Virus record (IMG/VR): IMGVR_UViG_3300027710_000009
Length of the DNA: 64,000 nt
Direction: 5' to 3' (one strand)
Origin: a virus
Taxonomy: Duplodnaviria > Heunggongvirae > Uroviricota > Caudoviricetes
Below, in pieces: positions 63,497 through 64,000 of the stretch (position 1 is the first letter of the stretch; each line of letters opens with the position of its first letter). A program made the translations under genes and the position numbers. The notes beneath the pieces are model-generated. The model was not told the origin of the DNA, searched no databases, and worked only from the letters and a program-made list of their open reading frames with translations.

Positions 63497-64000
63497 ACCT
63501 CATTGAAATCACATGTTCATAATTTTTCTTGATCAAGCTCTTGTACATGATATTCTTGTGTATTAAGAAATCCTGTGCTCCAGCATCAATACTAAATTTG
63601 GCACATTGTTTGAAAAACATTTGTCTACAGTTAAAGTTCAATCGCGACTGCATGTTGTTGCCTGCGATAGCATACACGCTACGTGCCCAGGCATTGCGGT
63701 CTTGTGGATCATAATCATGGTATTCTAGATAGATGCAATCGGCTTCATGGCCTTTGACCACACTGGGAATACTAAACTCACGATCTTTGAAACTTTGATT
63801 CTTGTAGTCTCTAAGTGTAGTTATCACTAGTGAATTGGCCAAACTACAAATCTTGACAATATTGGCCTGTTGCTCTTCGTCAGTTTCTGCAAAGGTCAGG
63901 AACTCATCAAAAGCTACCACTAGATCAAAACGATCTTCGCCGGGTAACAAGTGGTCCCATACCAGTGATTTAACACCGGGCGATCTTTTGCGAACCTGCT
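63462..64000 (-). CDS. Hypothetical protein, partial (continues beyond the right window edge)
   Basis: The frame stays open upstream of the listed TTG to position 64000. Confidence 0.4.
   Translation of the reverse strand, partial: QVRKRSPGVKSLVWDHLLPGEDRFDLVVAFDEFLTFAETDEEQQANIVKICSLANSLVITTLRDYKNQSFKDREFSIPSVVKGHEADCIYLEYHDYDPQDRNAWARSVYAIAGNNMQSRLNFNCRQMFFKQCAKFSIDAGAQDFLIHKNIMYKSLIKKNYEHVISMRFAKDGRNKTSR

Overview
This window looks like part of a large virulent double-stranded DNA phage genome, not a bacterial chromosome, and it belongs to a T4-like transcriptional regime. Almost every gene is on the minus strand.

The left ~20 kb (1-20,174) holds a late structural module. It contains four giant virion/fibre genes (a partial gene >820 aa, then 2110, 1032 and 2277 aa) plus two smaller fibre-associated genes. 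A (C)ATAAATA motif sits 15-20 nt upstream of these genes, which resembles the T4 late promoter TATAAATA.

The remaining ~44 kb is a dense early/middle region of roughly 100 small genes. These are driven by many near-consensus sigma70 promoters (TTGACA/TTGACC-N17-TATAAT/TATACT) on the minus strand. Several promoters are paired with bidirectional hairpin terminators in a highly conserved ~45-60 nt cassette, comparable to the PeSL (promoter/early stem-loop) elements of T4.

Recognisable genes:
- rIIA and rIIB
- an AAA+ ATPase
- an ATP-dependent DNA ligase
- UV-damage endonuclease UvdE
- a MazG-like pyrophosphohydrolase
- ClpP
- peptide deformylase
- translation initiation factor IF-1
- Fe/Mn superoxide dismutase
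- an IscA/ErpA Fe-S carrier
- an AhpC peroxiredoxin with an AhpD-like partner
- an LpxH-like lipid-A enzyme
- a GT2 glycosyltransferase
- two paralogous outer-membrane beta-barrel proteins
- an SPFH/band-7 lipoprotein
- a cluster of lipoproteins that includes an entericidin-like peptide

The most striking feature is a complete circularly permuted (two-piece) tmRNA gene on the minus strand at about 43,027-43,495. It has its own consensus promoter and intrinsic terminator, a G3:U70 acceptor pair, and a 24-aa hydrophobic mini-ORF that exactly fills the spacer between the two pieces.

Other notable items:
- a tandem array of at least nine small paralogues sharing a C-terminal F-x-LKW module (24,197-26,710)
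- a ClpP / nucleotidyltransferase / unknown / HExxH-peptidase operon
- a PqqA-like 24-aa peptide gene
- a membrane-anchored histone-H1-like protein on the plus strand

The host is probably a Gram-negative bacterium with a permuted tmRNA, meaning alpha-proteobacteria, some beta-proteobacteria, or cyanobacteria. This is an inference.

Coordinates of ORFs that are not in the supplied track, and of the promoters, were read by eye and may be off by 1-2 nt.
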